Assembly (NCBI GenBank): GCA_016184305.1
Contig: JACPCX010000176.1
Location: forward strand, 1-64,000
From: Candidatus Rokuibacteriota bacterium
Lineage (GTDB): Bacteria; Methylomirabilota; Methylomirabilia; Rokubacteriales; CSP1-6
DNA length: 64,000 bases
Direction: 5' to 3'
Positions 12,412 to 27,472 of the stretch are shown piece by piece. Made by a program: the position numbers and the translations under genes. How positions within the stretch are numbered: the first letter of the stretch is position 1; the number at the start of each line of letters is the position of its first letter. The notes below the pieces were generated by a model, which ran no database searches, was not told where the DNA came from, and saw nothing but the letters and a program-made list of their open reading frames with translations.

Positions 12412-14648
12412 TGCCGCTGCTCCAGGATCGGCCGGCTGAGCAGAGCAAGCGCAAGCGCAATCTCCTGATCATCAGCGGTATCCTCATCCTGCTGGTGGTC
12501 GGCACCGTGTTCGAGGTGGGGATCCGGACGCCCCAGATCCCGCTCGCCTCCAACCTGCTGGTGCTGGCCCTCCTCAACCTCAACCTGGTCGTCTTCCTGC
12601 TGCTGCTGATCCTCCTCTTCCGCAACCTGGTCAAGCTCTCCTTCGAGCGCCGCCACAAGGTGCTCGGCGCGCGCTTCAAGGCAAAGCTGGTCCTGGCCTT
12701 CCTCTCGCTGGCCCTGGCACCGGGCATCCTGATCTTCATCATCGCCTCCAATTTCATCACGACCTCCATCGAGGGATGGTTCAAGCCCCAGGTCGAGCGG
12801 CCGCTGGACCAGGCGCTGCAGGTGGCGCAGACCTACTACCAGACGCTGGAGGGCACGGCGCTCAGGCATGCTCGGTACATGGCCCGGGTGGCAGAGCGCG
12901 AGGGGCTCCTGGGCGAGGAGCGGCGCGAGCCCCTGGCCGCGTACCTCGACGAGCAGCGGGAGCGCCTCGGGCTGTCGGCCATCACGGTCTTCGACCGGCG
13001 CGGGCAGGAGCAGTTCCACGCCAAGGACCCGGCGCTCGCCACCGTCGCCACGCGCTCCATGCACAAGGACAAGGTCGCCCAGGGGCTCGGCGGCCAGGAG
13101 GTCACCACGGTCCACGAGCTCGACCGGGGCGACATGATCCAGGCCGTGGTCCCGATCCGCAACTCGAGCCGCCAGGTGGAGGGCGTGCTCGTGGTGTCGA
13201 GCCACGTGAGCCAGCGGCTCGAGAACCGCCTTCGTGGGATCAGTCAGGCCTTCCAGGAGTACAAGCAGCTCAAGCTCCTCAAGAACCCCATCAAGGCCAT
13301 CTACATCCTGCTGTTCCTGCTCATGACCCTGATCATCGTGTTCTCGGCGACGTGGTTCGGTCTCTACCTGGCCCGGGGCATCACCGACCCGATCCAGATG
13401 CTGGCCGAGGGCACGCGCGAGGTCGCGGCCGGGAATCTCGGCTATCAGGTGCAGGTGCGCGCCGACGACGAGATCGGGATCCTCGTGGACTCCTTCAACC
13501 GGATGACCCGCGACCTGGCGTCCTCGAGGACCAGGCTCGAGGAGGCCTACCTCGACCTGCAGGCCAAGCACGGCGAGATGGAGATGCGGCGCCGCTACAC
13601 GGAGACCGTGCTGGAGGCGGTGGCGACCGGCGTGGTCTCCCTCGATCCCGAGGGGCGCGTGACCACCATCAACGGGGCAGCCGAGCGCATGCTGGGCATC
13701 CCCGCGCAGGCGGCGCTCGGACAGCCCGACTCCGCCGTCTTCCGGCGGCCCGATTTCGGCGAGATCGCGGCCCTGATCAAGCGCATGACACGGCTCAAGG
13801 AGGGCACGGTCGAGCACGAGGTGCACCTGAGGCGCGACGGGCAGGCGATCACCCTCCTGTCCTCGGCCACGGCGCTCCGGGGTCCCGACGGGGCCGACAT
13901 GGGGCTCGTCCTCGTGTTCGACGACCTCACCGAGCTCCTGAAGGCCCAGCGGCTGGCCGCGTGGCGGGAGGTCGCCCAGCGCATCGCCCATGAGATCAAG
14001 AACCCGCTCACGCCGATCCAGCTCTCCGCCCAGCGCCTGAGGCGCCGGCTCGCGGGAGACCGGAGCCCCGAGGAGAAGCAGCTGCTCGAGGAGGCCACCT
14101 CCACCATCATCCAGGAGGTCGACGGGCTCAAGCAGCTCGTGGACGAGTTCTCGCGCTTCGCGCGCATGCCGGCCCTGTCGCTCCGGCCGACGGATCTGGC
14201 CCGTCTCCTCGACGGGGTGATCGTCCTGTACCGCGAGTCGCACCCGGCGCTCGCCATCACGTCGGCGTTCTCGCCCGACCTGCCCCAGATCGAGGTGGAT
14301 CCCAACCAGATCAAGCGCGCCGTCCTGAACCTGGTGGACAACGCCGTGGAGGCGGTGGGCCAGGCCGGGGAGGTGACCGTCGAGACCGTGTGGCTTCCGG
14401 AGGCGCGGCGGGCGCGGATCGTCGTGGCCGACACCGGGCCCGGCATCGCCCAGGAGGACCGCGAGCGGCTCTTTCTCCCGTACTTCTCCACGAAGGCCAC
14501 GGGCATGGGCCTCGGGCTCCCCATCGTCCACCAGATCGTCATCGACCACGGCGGCACCATCTGGCTCGAGGACAACCTGCCGCAGGGCAGCCGCTTCGTC
14601 CTCGAGCTGCCGGCTGGCCGTCTCGCGCCGGCCCCCGTGCAGGCCTGA
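12411..14648 (+). CDS. ntrY: NtrY-like sensor histidine kinase (TM-HAMP-PAS-HisKA-HATPase)
   Basis: AWREVAQRIAHEIKNPLTPIQLSAQRL, PYFSTK, GMGLGL. Confidence 0.88.
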   Translation: MPLLQDRPAEQSKRKRNLLIISGILILLVVGTVFEVGIRTPQIPLASNLLVLALLNLNLVVFLLLLILLFRNLVKLSFERRHKVLGARFKAKLVLAFLSLALAPGILIFIIASNFITTSIEGWFKPQVERPLDQALQVAQTYYQTLEGTALRHARYMARVAEREGLLGEERREPLAAYLDEQRERLGLSAITVFDRRGQEQFHAKDPALATVATRSMHKDKVAQGLGGQEVTTVHELDRGDMIQAVVPIRNSSRQVEGVLVVSSHVSQRLENRLRGISQAFQEYKQLKLLKNPIKAIYILLFLLMTLIIVFSATWFGLYLARGITDPIQMLAEGTREVAAGNLGYQVQVRADDEIGILVDSFNRMTRDLASSRTRLEEAYLDLQAKHGEMEMRRRYTETVLEAVATGVVSLDPEGRVTTINGAAERMLGIPAQAALGQPDSAVFRRPDFGEIAALIKRMTRLKEGTVEHEVHLRRDGQAITLLSSATALRGPDGADMGLVLVFDDLTELLKAQRLAAWREVAQRIAHEIKNPLTPIQLSAQRLRRRLAGDRSPEEKQLLEEATSTIIQEVDGLKQLVDEFSRFARMPALSLRPTDLARLLDGVIVLYRESHPALAITSAFSPDLPQIEVDPNQIKRAVLNLVDNAVEAVGQAGEVTVETVWLPEARRARIVVADTGPGIAQEDRERLFLPYFSTKATGMGLGLPIVHQIVIDHGGTIWLEDNLPQGSRFVLELPAGRLAPAPVQA

Positions 14649-14667
14649 CAGGAGAGCCGGAGAGCCC

Positions 14668-16035
14668 ATGGCCGGCGAGCACATCCTCATCGTCGACGAC
14701 GAGCGCGCCATCCAGACCACGCTGCGGGGCGTGCTCGAGGACGAGGGCTACCACGTCTCGGCGGTGGGCTCCGGGCAGGACGCCATCGGCCGGCTGGCGG
14801 AGGAGTCCCCTGATCTGATCTTCCTGGACATCTGGATGCCAGGCATGGATGGGCTCGATGCATTGGCCGAGATCATGCGACTCCGGCCCGAGGTCGCCGT
14901 GGTGATGATCTCGGGCCACGCCACAATCGAGACGGCCGTCAAGGCCACCAAGCTGGGCGCCTACGACTTCATCGAGAAGCCGCTCTCGCTGGAGAAGACG
15001 CTGCTGGCCGCGGCCCGCGCGCTGGAGCACTCGCGGCTCGAGCGGGAGAACCGCGCGCTCCGCGAGCAGATCCAGCGCGGCCAGGAGATCGTCGGCAGGA
15101 GCCCGCTCATCGAGGAGCTGCGGCAGCAGATCGCCACCGCGGCGCCCACCAACGGGCGGGTGCTCGTCCACGGGGAGAACGGCTCGGGCAAGGAGCTGGT
15201 GGCCCGGGCCATCCACACACTCTCCACGAGGCGCGAGGGGCCGTTTGTCGAGGTGAACTGCGCCGCGATCCCCGAGGAGCTGATCGAGTCGGAGCTGTTC
15301 GGCCACGAGCGGGGCGCCTTCACCGGCGCGGTGGCGCGCCACCGCGGGAAGTTCGAGGTCGCCGACGGCGGCACCCTCTTCCTCGACGAGATCGCAGACA
15401 TGAGCCTCAAGACGCAGGCCAAGGTGCTGCGCGTCCTCGAGGAGCAGGCCTTCGAGCGGGTGGGCGGCAAGGACACCATCCGCGTGGACGTCCGCGTCCT
15501 CGCCGCGTCCAACCAGGACCTGAAGGAACAGATCGCCCAGGGGCGCTTCCGCGAGGACCTCTACTACCGGCTGAACGTCATCCCCATCGAGGTGCCGCCG
15601 CTGCGCCGGCGCAAGGAGGACATCCCCGCGCTGGTCGAGCACTTCATCCGGCTGTTCTCCGCCGAGAACGGCAAGCGCCCGAAGACCGTCTCGGTCGAGG
15701 CCCTCGCCTACTTCCTCTCGTACGACTGGCCGGGGAACGTGCGGGAGCTCCGGAACATGGTCGAGCGGCTCGTCATCATGGCGCCGCGGGACGTGATCGG
15801 CCCGGAGAACCTGCCGCCACCGCTGCGCCCCAAGGAGGCCCCCGCGGGAGCCGAGGAGGTCCAGCGGGAAAAGACCCTCAAGGAGGCCCGAGAGGCGTTC
15901 GAGCGCGCCTACATCCTGGCGGAGCTGCGCGCCCACGACAGCAACGTGACGCGCACCGCCGAGAAGCTCGGCGTCGAGCGCAGCCACCTGTACCGCAAGC
16001 TCAAGGGATACGGCATCACGCCATCCAAGGGCTGA
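14668..16035 (+). CDS. ntrX: NtrX-like sigma-54-dependent response regulator
   Basis: REC domain (DIWMP), GENGSGKE, GAFTGA, WPGNVREL, Fis-type HTH. Confidence 0.88.
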   Translation: MAGEHILIVDDERAIQTTLRGVLEDEGYHVSAVGSGQDAIGRLAEESPDLIFLDIWMPGMDGLDALAEIMRLRPEVAVVMISGHATIETAVKATKLGAYDFIEKPLSLEKTLLAAARALEHSRLERENRALREQIQRGQEIVGRSPLIEELRQQIATAAPTNGRVLVHGENGSGKELVARAIHTLSTRREGPFVEVNCAAIPEELIESELFGHERGAFTGAVARHRGKFEVADGGTLFLDEIADMSLKTQAKVLRVLEEQAFERVGGKDTIRVDVRVLAASNQDLKEQIAQGRFREDLYYRLNVIPIEVPPLRRRKEDIPALVEHFIRLFSAENGKRPKTVSVEALAYFLSYDWPGNVRELRNMVERLVIMAPRDVIGPENLPPPLRPKEAPAGAEEVQREKTLKEAREAFERAYILAELRAHDSNVTRTAEKLGVERSHLYRKLKGYGITPSKG

Positions 16036-16048
16036 GCGCCTCGGCGGG

Positions 16049-18019
16049 TCACTGCCGCGGCTCGCCCTGGGGGGCGCGGCCGCCGGCCTCGGCTCGGAAC
16101 GCGGCGATCTGCTCGGGCAGCCCGAAGATGCGCATCCGGTCGCCGGCGCGGACGATGGTGTCCGGGTCGGGGTTGAGGAGGACCTCCCCGCCGGCGCGGG
16201 TCACGGCCACCACCGTGACGCCGAGCCGCTCCCGGATCCGCGCCTCACGAAGCGACTGGTCGGCCAGCACGCCCTGGCCCACCGCCAGGTCCTCCACCTG
16301 AGGCAGGAGGTCCATCGCGTCCCGGCGCACCCCTTCGCCCATCTCCATGGCGCTGCGGAAGCGCTCAAGGTAGGCGAGCACCCGGTCCTGGGGCAGCGCC
16401 AGCCGGCGCAGGGCGTGCCGGATGAGGGTCGCGGCCGCTTCCAGTTCTGGCTGGATGACCTCCGTCGCGCCGGCGCGGGCCAGCGCCTCCATTCCCGACG
16501 CGTGATGGGCCCGGACCAGGACGGGCGCCGCCGGGTTCATGGCGCGCACGTAGCGGACCACGAGGTGGGCGCGGTCGATCTCGGGCAGCGCCACCACCAC
16601 GAGGGCGGCCTGCGCGGCGCCCGCGCGCTCGAGGGTGCGCCGATTGGCGGCATCCCCGAACAGGCATGGCACGCGCCGGGCCCGGAGCCCCTGGACGATG
16701 TCCGGGTCGAGCTCGATGACGAGGAAGCGGATGGCGAAGGTCTCGAGCGCCTCGCCGATGGCGCTTCCCACCCGACCGAACCCGCAGAGGATCACGGGCT
16801 CAGCCGGTTCGTGGCCCTCCGGGGGGAGCGCCCACAGGGCCCCGCGGCGCGGGGCGCGCGGCGCGCCGAGCCAGACCGGGATCCAGCGGAACAGCGCAGC
16901 GTTGACGAGCAGCGTGATCAGCGAGGCGGCCAGGATGGCGTTGTACACGTCGGCCGTCACGTGCCCCGCGCTCCGCGCCGCCTGGATCATCACGAACGAG
17001 AACTCGCCGATCTGGGCGAGCCCGACCCCCACCACCACCGCGGTGCGGAGCGGCTGGCCGAACAGCCATACCACGAGCGTCCGCACCACGAACTTGCCGG
17101 GCACGATCAGGAGCACCATGACCCCGAGCAGGGGCAGGTTGGCCAGGATCGCGCGGGGGTCGATGAGCGCTCCCACCGTCACGAAGAAGAGGGCGCCGAA
17201 CGTGTCGCGGAGGGGCAGGAGGCGAGCGAGGGTCTCGTGGGCGTAATCGGACTCGCTGATCATCAGACCGGCGAGGAAGGCCCCGAGTGCCAGCGACAGC
17301 CCGACGGCCTGGGTCAGCGCCGCCATGCCGAGGCCGATGGCCAGCCCCACGAGCAGGAACAGCTCCTGGTTGTGCATCCGCGCCACCCGGGTCATGACGG
17401 GCGGGACGACCTTCCAGACCAGCACGGTGAACGGCACGAGCACCAGCGCCGCTTTCCCGAGCGCCGCCCCGATCGTCACCAGGCGTCCCGGCTCCAGCGC
17501 TCCCAGCGCCGGGATCAGGACGATCAGGACGACAACGGCCAGGTCCTCGACGAGGAGGGTCCCCATCATGATCCGTCCGTGACGCGAGTGCATCTCGCCC
17601 CGGTCCAGGAGCAGCCGCACCAGCACCATGGTGCTGGCGACCGAGATGACGATGCCGACCACCGCGCCCTGCAAGGCGGTCCAGCCCAGGAGGGCGCCGG
17701 CGCCGACGCCGAGCCCGACGCAGAGCACGAGGCCCACCGGCCCGCCGAGGAGCGCCACCCACCGCACGCGCAGGAGGTCCTTGAGGGAGAACTCGATGCC
17801 GACGGAGAACAGGAGGAGCACGACGCCGATCTCGGCGAAGAAATCGAAGGTGTGCACGTCGGTCACGGACGGCCCGGGGGTGAGCGGGCTGACCAGGATG
17901 CCGCCGAGGATGTAGCCCAGGATCAGGGGCTGGCGCGCCCACCAGGCGAGGGCGCCCCCCACCACCGCGGCGGCGATGATGAAGGCGAGGTCCCTGAAGA
18001 CGGCAGGGTCGGTGGTCAT
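16049..18019 (-). CDS. CPA2 cation:proton antiporter with TrkA-N/TrkA-C domains
   Basis: Many TM segments, LGAFLAG, QIGEFSF, CGFGRVG, FGDA. Confidence 0.9.
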   Translation of the reverse strand: MTTDPAVFRDLAFIIAAAVVGGALAWWARQPLILGYILGGILVSPLTPGPSVTDVHTFDFFAEIGVVLLLFSVGIEFSLKDLLRVRWVALLGGPVGLVLCVGLGVGAGALLGWTALQGAVVGIVISVASTMVLVRLLLDRGEMHSRHGRIMMGTLLVEDLAVVVLIVLIPALGALEPGRLVTIGAALGKAALVLVPFTVLVWKVVPPVMTRVARMHNQELFLLVGLAIGLGMAALTQAVGLSLALGAFLAGLMISESDYAHETLARLLPLRDTFGALFFVTVGALIDPRAILANLPLLGVMVLLIVPGKFVVRTLVVWLFGQPLRTAVVVGVGLAQIGEFSFVMIQAARSAGHVTADVYNAILAASLITLLVNAALFRWIPVWLGAPRAPRRGALWALPPEGHEPAEPVILCGFGRVGSAIGEALETFAIRFLVIELDPDIVQGLRARRVPCLFGDAANRRTLERAGAAQAALVVVALPEIDRAHLVVRYVRAMNPAAPVLVRAHHASGMEALARAGATEVIQPELEAAATLIRHALRRLALPQDRVLAYLERFRSAMEMGEGVRRDAMDLLPQVEDLAVGQGVLADQSLREARIRERLGVTVVAVTRAGGEVLLNPDPDTIVRAGDRMRIFGLPEQIAAFRAEAGGRAPQGEPRQ

Positions 18020-18155
18020 CGGTTTTCCGAGTGTACCGGAGTCGCGGGACGAAGCCTCGAGGAACCCCGGGGCCCCGCGGCCGCCACGATCCCCACGTTC
18101 GTGGCCAGGCGCCTGCGCATCTCCATGCCGCGGGATTAGGGCGTCCGCCGTGGCC

Positions 18156-18184
18156 TTGACACGGTGGGGGTCCGAGGGTAGGGT
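18156..18184 (+). promoter_or_regulatory. Sigma-70 promoter of the pyr operon
   Basis: TTGACA-N17-TAGGGT. Confidence 0.7.
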
Positions 18185-18186
18185 GA

Positions 18187-19076
<890 letters not shown>

Positions 19077-19101
19077 GCGCGCGGGCCAGAGGAGCCGAGG
19101 C

Positions 19102-20028
19102 ATGGGCTGGAAGCGGAAAGACCTCCTGAGCTTGCAGGACCTCGAGGCCGCGGAGATCCGGGACGTGCTGGACACGGCCGGCTCCATGAAGGAGATCGCC
19201 ACCCGCGAGATCAAGAAGGTGCCGACCCTCCGGGGCAAGACGGTGGTGAACCTCTTCTTCGAGGCCTCGACGCGCACGCGCACCTCGTTCGAGATCGCGG
19301 GCAAGTGGCTCTCGGCCGACGTCGTCAACTTCTCGGCCTCCGGCTCCAGCGCCGAGAAGGGGGAGAGCCTGCTCGACACCGCGAAGAACATCGAGGCCAT
19401 GAGCCCGGACGTGGTCGTGGTCCGCCACAAGGCCTCGGGGGGGCCCGCGCTCCTCGCCCGGCATCTGCGCTGCGCCGTGGTGAACGCCGGTGACGGCGCC
19501 CACGAGCACCCCACGCAGGGACTGCTCGATCTCCTGACGATCCGGGAGAAGAAGGGGCATCTCGAGGGCCTCAGCGTCGCCATCGTCGGGGACATCACCC
19601 ACAGCCGGGTGGCGCGCTCGGACATCCACGGGATGAAGAAGATGGGCATCACCGTGACGGTGGCGGGGCCGCCCACGCTCATCCCGCCCGCGTGCCAGGA
19701 GCTCGGCGTCAAGGTGAGTCACCGGCTGGAGGAGGCCATCGCGCATGCCGACGTCATCGTGATGCTGCGGCTCCAGCACGAGCGGATGGAGAGTGGTCTC
19801 ATCCCCTCGCTCCGGGAGTACTCGCGCGTCTGGGGGCTGTCGCTCGACAGGCTCAAGCACTGCCGGCCGGACGTGCTCATCATGCACCCGGGACCGGTGA
19901 ACCGCGGCGTCGAGCTGTCCCCGGAGGTGGCCGACAGCCGGTACTCGGTGATCCTGGACCAGGTGACCAACGGCGTGGCGGTGCGCATGGCCGTCCTCTA
20001 CCTGCTGGCGGGGAGTCAGCCAGCATGA
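19102..20028 (+). CDS. pyrB: Aspartate carbamoyltransferase
   Basis: [33 protein letters not shown]. Confidence 0.97.
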   Translation: MGWKRKDLLSLQDLEAAEIRDVLDTAGSMKEIATREIKKVPTLRGKTVVNLFFEASTRTRTSFEIAGKWLSADVVNFSASGSSAEKGESLLDTAKNIEAMSPDVVVVRHKASGGPALLARHLRCAVVNAGDGAHEHPTQGLLDLLTIREKKGHLEGLSVAIVGDITHSRVARSDIHGMKKMGITVTVAGPPTLIPPACQELGVKVSHRLEEAIAHADVIVMLRLQHERMESGLIPSLREYSRVWGLSLDRLKHCRPDVLIMHPGPVNRGVELSPEVADSRYSVILDQVTNGVAVRMAVLYLLAGSQPA

Positions 20029-21299
20029 GCCTCCTCATCAGGCAGGGGCGGGTCGTGGATCCCGCCAGCGGCATCGACGGCGTCCAGGACGTCCTGGTGG
20101 TCGACGGGCGCATCGGGAAGGTGGGCCCAGGGCTCCGGGCCCCGCAGGGGACGCAGGTCATCGACGCGGCGGGCAAGGTCGTCTGCCCCGGCTTCATCGA
20201 CATCCACGTCCACCTGCGCGAGCCGGGCTTCGAGTACAAGGAGACAGTGGCCAGCGGCACGCGCGCGGCGGCGGCCGGCGGTTTCACCGCCGTCGCCTGC
20301 ATGGCCAACACCGTCCCCGTCAATGACAATCGCGCGGTCACCGACTACATCCTCGCCAAGGCCCGCGTGGAAGGCGTCGTGCGTGTCTACGCCATCGGCG
20401 CCGTCACGCGGGGGCTTCGGGGCGAGCATCTCTCCGAGATGGCGGAGCAGGCGGAGGCCGGCTGCGTGGCCTTCTCCGACGACGGCAGGTGCGTGATGAA
20501 CGCCGCCCTCTACCGGCGGGCCATGGAGTACGCGCTCCCCTTCGGGACGCCGCTCATCAGCCACGCCGAGGACTGCCACCTGGCGCATGGCGGCGTCATG
20601 CACGAGGGGTTCGTCTCCACGGACCTCGGCCTGACGGGGCAGCCCGCCGCGGCGGAGGACGTGATGGTGGCGCGGGACATCGTGCTGGCCGAGCTGACCG
20701 GCGCGCACGTGCACATCGCGCACCTCTCCACGGCCGGGGCCGCGCGCCTGGTGCGCGACGGCAAGGCCCGCGGCGTCCGGGTGACCGCCGAGGTGACGCC
20801 GCATCACCTCCTGCTCACCGACGAGGCGGTGCGCGACTACGATCCCAACACCAAGATGCAGCCGCCGCTGCGCTCCACGCGGGACGTGGAGGCGGTGCTC
20901 GAGGGGCTCCTGGACGGGACCATCGACTGCGTCGCCACCGACCACGCCCCGCATGCCCTGTCCGAGAAGGAGGGCGAGTTCGCGGAGGCCGCCAGCGGCG
21001 TCGTGGGGCTCGAGACGGCTGTCCCGCTCCTGCTCGACCGGCTCGTGCGGCCGGGGCGCCTCGACCTCTCCACCTTCGTGGCGCGCATGTCCTCTGGCCC
21101 CGCCCGCGTCCTCGGCCTGCCGGGCGGGAGCCTCGCGCCCGGAGCCGCCGCGGACATCACCATCCTGGACCTCGAGCGGCCCTTCACCGTGGACCCGGCC
21201 GCGTTCCACTCGCGCAGCCGCAACACCCCCTTCCGGGGTGTCACGGGCACCGGCGCCCCGATCATGACCATCGTCGGCGGCACCGTGGTGACGCCATGA
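20025..21299 (+). CDS. pyrC: Dihydroorotase
   Basis: [27 protein letters not shown]. Confidence 0.96.
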   Translation: MSLLIRQGRVVDPASGIDGVQDVLVVDGRIGKVGPGLRAPQGTQVIDAAGKVVCPGFIDIHVHLREPGFEYKETVASGTRAAAAGGFTAVACMANTVPVNDNRAVTDYILAKARVEGVVRVYAIGAVTRGLRGEHLSEMAEQAEAGCVAFSDDGRCVMNAALYRRAMEYALPFGTPLISHAEDCHLAHGGVMHEGFVSTDLGLTGQPAAAEDVMVARDIVLAELTGAHVHIAHLSTAGAARLVRDGKARGVRVTAEVTPHHLLLTDEAVRDYDPNTKMQPPLRSTRDVEAVLEGLLDGTIDCVATDHAPHALSEKEGEFAEAASGVVGLETAVPLLLDRLVRPGRLDLSTFVARMSSGPARVLGLPGGSLAPGAAADITILDLERPFTVDPAAFHSRSRNTPFRGVTGTGAPIMTIVGGTVVTP

Positions 21300-22423
21300 C
21301 ACAGGCGCTGCTGGCGCTGGCCGACGGACGGGTCTTCCGGGGCGAGCCTTGCGGGGCCACCGGTGAAGCTCCGGGAGAAGTCGTCTTCAACACCGCCATG
21401 ACGGGCTACCAGGAGATCATGACCGATCCCTCCTACCGGGGGCAGCTCGTCTGCATGACCTACCCGCTCATCGGCAACTACGGCATCAATCCAGAGGATA
21501 TGGAGTCGAGTCGGCCCTGGCTCAGCGGCTTCATCGTCAAGGAAGCGTGCCCCTACCCGTCCTCCTGGCGCCGGCGGACCTCGCTCGACGCGTACATGAA
21601 GGAACACGGGATCGTCGGCATCCAGGGCATCGACACGCGCGCGCTGACGCGCCATCTCCGCGACCAGGGTGCCCAGGCGGGCATCATCTCGTCGGTGGAA
21701 GGCGACGTGGCGCGGCTGGTGGAGCGGGTGCGAGCCGTCCCGAGCCTGGTGGGCCGTGACCTGGTGCGGGAGGTGACGGCGGAGGCGACCTACGGGTGGG
21801 CCGAGGGCACGTGGGATCTCCGCCGCGGCTACACCGAGCCGGCGGCGCCGCGGTTCCGGGTGGTCGCCTTCGACGCGGGGATCAAGCGGAACATCCTGCG
21901 CCGCCTCGCCTCGCTGGGCTGCGCGCTCCAGGTGCTGCCGGCCGGCACCCCCGCCGAGGCGATCCTCGAGATGAAGCCCCACGGGATCTTCCTCTCCAAC
22001 GGCCCGGGCGATCCGGAGCCCGTGGAGTACCTGATCCGGACCGTGCGGGCCCTCGTCGGCCGGGTGCCGATCTTCGGCATCTGCCTCGGCCACCAGATCC
22101 TGGGACTCGCTCTCGGCGGGACGACGTACAAGCTCAAGTTCGGCCACCATGGCGCCAACCACCCGGTGAAGAACCTCCTGACCGGCGGCGTGGAGATCAC
22201 GGCGCAGAACCACGGCTTCGCCGTGGACCCGGGCTCGCTGGAGCGGGTCGGGGTCGAGCCGACACACGTGAGCCTCAACGACGGCACCTGCGAGGGGATG
22301 CGGCACCGGGAGCTTCCGGTCTTCTCCGTGCAGTACCACCCCGAGGCCTCTCCCGGCCCGCACGATGCGGACTACCTGTTCCAGGCCTTCATCGCCCTGA
22401 TGGAAGGCGAGAAAGGAGGGTGA
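21296..22423 (+). CDS. carA: Carbamoyl-phosphate synthase small subunit
   Basis: GEVVFNT, TDPSY, SNGPGDP, GICLGHQ, QYHPE. Confidence 0.97.
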   Translation: MTQALLALADGRVFRGEPCGATGEAPGEVVFNTAMTGYQEIMTDPSYRGQLVCMTYPLIGNYGINPEDMESSRPWLSGFIVKEACPYPSSWRRRTSLDAYMKEHGIVGIQGIDTRALTRHLRDQGAQAGIISSVEGDVARLVERVRAVPSLVGRDLVREVTAEATYGWAEGTWDLRRGYTEPAAPRFRVVAFDAGIKRNILRRLASLGCALQVLPAGTPAEAILEMKPHGIFLSNGPGDPEPVEYLIRTVRALVGRVPIFGICLGHQILGLALGGTTYKLKFGHHGANHPVKNLLTGGVEITAQNHGFAVDPGSLERVGVEPTHVSLNDGTCEGMRHRELPVFSVQYHPEASPGPHDADYLFQAFIALMEGEKGG

Positions 22424-22430
22424 CCTCTCC

Positions 22431-22697
22431 ATGTCGAAGTACCTGATCTCGTACCGCAAGACCGAGGAAGTCGGTCAGAAGCCCGAGTGGGCCAGCTTCA
22501 CCACCGAGAGCGAGCTGGCGCTCGAGGCGCACGCCGTCAAGGAACGCGTCGAGAAGCGCATGAGCGTGCTCGGCGAGAAGCTCTGGGGCAAGGGGGACGT
22601 CGTGTGGGTCGGCTCGGGCCGCCTGGACGACGTGCTCTACAAGCGGGAAGAGGCCGCCCCGGAGGCGTCGATAATCTATGGGCTCGTCGCGGAGTAG
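22431..22697 (+). CDS. Hypothetical protein (88 aa)
   Basis: AGGAGG SD; host-like codon usage; fills the gap after carA. Confidence 0.75.
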   Translation: MSKYLISYRKTEEVGQKPEWASFTTESELALEAHAVKERVEKRMSVLGEKLWGKGDVVWVGSGRLDDVLYKREEAAPEASIIYGLVAE

Positions 22698-22749
22698 ACG
22701 GCGCGCCCGCGCACCGCTCGCGGTGCACCTTACATCGAAGGGAGCCGAG

Positions 22750-22917
22750 ATGCTCGTGAAGGCGGAGGCGTACTACGATGGCAAGTTCTGGTGCGCCCGC
22801 GGCATCGGTGCCGACTTCTTTACCCAGGGCAGGACGCTGGACGAGCTCCTGCGCAATGCGAAAGAAGCGGCTGGACTGCATTTCGCCGGCTCGCGGCCGC
22901 CAACGCCGAACTGGTGA
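22750..22917 (+). CDS. HicB-like antitoxin-domain protein (55 aa, possibly truncated)
   Basis: [21 protein letters not shown] resembles the HicB N-domain; GGAG SD. Confidence 0.7.
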   Translation: MLVKAEAYYDGKFWCARGIGADFFTQGRTLDELLRNAKEAAGLHFAGSRPPTPNW

Positions 22918-22939
22918 AGGAGCTCGGCGGGTAGCGGCC

Positions 22940-26138
<3,199 letters not shown>

Positions 26139-26152
<14 letters not shown>

Positions 26153-26861
26153 CCCCCGGGACCGGCTCATCGTGGCCCTCGACGTGGACACGCTCAGTGC
26201 CGCCGAGGTCCTCATGGACCGGCTGGATGGGCTCGTGAGGCGATTCAAGATCGGCTCGCAGCTCTTCACCGCCTGCGGTCCGGCGGCGGTGGAGGCCGTC
26301 CACACGCGCGGCGCCGAGGTCTTCCTCGACCTCAAGTTCCACGACATCCCGCACACGGCGGCGGGGGCGGCGCGGGAAGCGGCGCGCATGGGTGTCTTCA
26401 TGTTCACCGTCCACGCCGCGGGAGGCCGCACCATGATGGCGGCGGCGTCCGAGGCCGCGGCGGCGGCACCGTCGCCCGGGGCGCGGCGCCCCCTCGTGAT
26501 CGCGGTGACGGTGCTCACGAGCCTGGACCGGCCGGCGCTGCACCGGGAGGTCGGGGTGCCCTCCTCGGTGCAGGGGCATGTGCTCCACCTGGCCGGGCTC
26601 GCCCGCGCGGCGGGGCTCGACGGCTGCGTCGCCTCGCCCAACGAGATCGCCCCGCTCCGGAACCAGCTCGGCGACGCCTGGGTGATCGTGACGCCCGGGG
26701 TGCGCCCGGCGGGCAGCGCCCTCGACGACCAGTCCCGCGTGGCCACTGCCGCGGCGGCCGCGCGGGCGGGCGCCGACTACCTGGTCGTGGGACGGCCGAT
26801 CACCGCCGCGTCCGATCCCGCCGCCGCCGCCCGCGCCATCCTGGAAGAGATCCGCGCGTGA
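26139..26861 (+). CDS. pyrF: OMP decarboxylase
   Basis: [25 protein letters not shown]. Confidence 0.96.
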
Positions 26862-27472
26862 CCACACCCCCCGACCACGGCGCGCTGATCCGGCGGCTCT
26901 TCGAGATCGGCGCGCTGCGGTTCGGCGAGTTCACGCTCAAGTCCGGGATCACGTCGCCCTTCTACATCGACCTCCGCGTCGTGATTTCGCACCCGGACGT
27001 GCTCGCGCGGATCGGCGCCCTCATGGCGCGGGCGGTGTCGCGCTGCCGCGCCGACCGCATCGCCGGCATCCCCTATGCCGGGCTGCCGCTCGCCGTGGCC
27101 ACGAGCCTGGCCGGCAACCTCCCGCTGATCTACCCTCGGCGGGAGGAGAAGGCCTACGGCACGAAGAAGCGGATCGAGGGGCTCTACACGCCCGGCGAGC
27201 AGGTCGTCGTCATCGACGACATCATCACCGACGGGGCGAGCAAGTTCGAGGCGATCCAGCCGCTGGAGGAGGCGGGCCTCGTGGTCAAGGACCTCGTGAT
27301 CCTCATCGACCGCGAGCAAGGCGGGCGCGAGCGGCTGGCCGCCAAGGGGTACACGCTCCACGCGGTGCTCACGATCTCGCAGTGCCTGGACGAGCTGGAG
27401 CGCGCGGGCCTCGTCCCGGCCGGGCTCGCCGGGACGGCCCGAGCGTTCGTCCGGGCCACCCGGTTCGCCTGA
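26858..27472 (+). CDS. pyrE: Orotate phosphoribosyltransferase
   Basis: [27 protein letters not shown]. Confidence 0.95.
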   Translation: MTTPPDHGALIRRLFEIGALRFGEFTLKSGITSPFYIDLRVVISHPDVLARIGALMARAVSRCRADRIAGIPYAGLPLAVATSLAGNLPLIYPRREEKAYGTKKRIEGLYTPGEQVVVIDDIITDGASKFEAIQPLEEAGLVVKDLVILIDREQGGRERLAAKGYTLHAVLTISQCLDELERAGLVPAGLAGTARAFVRATRFA

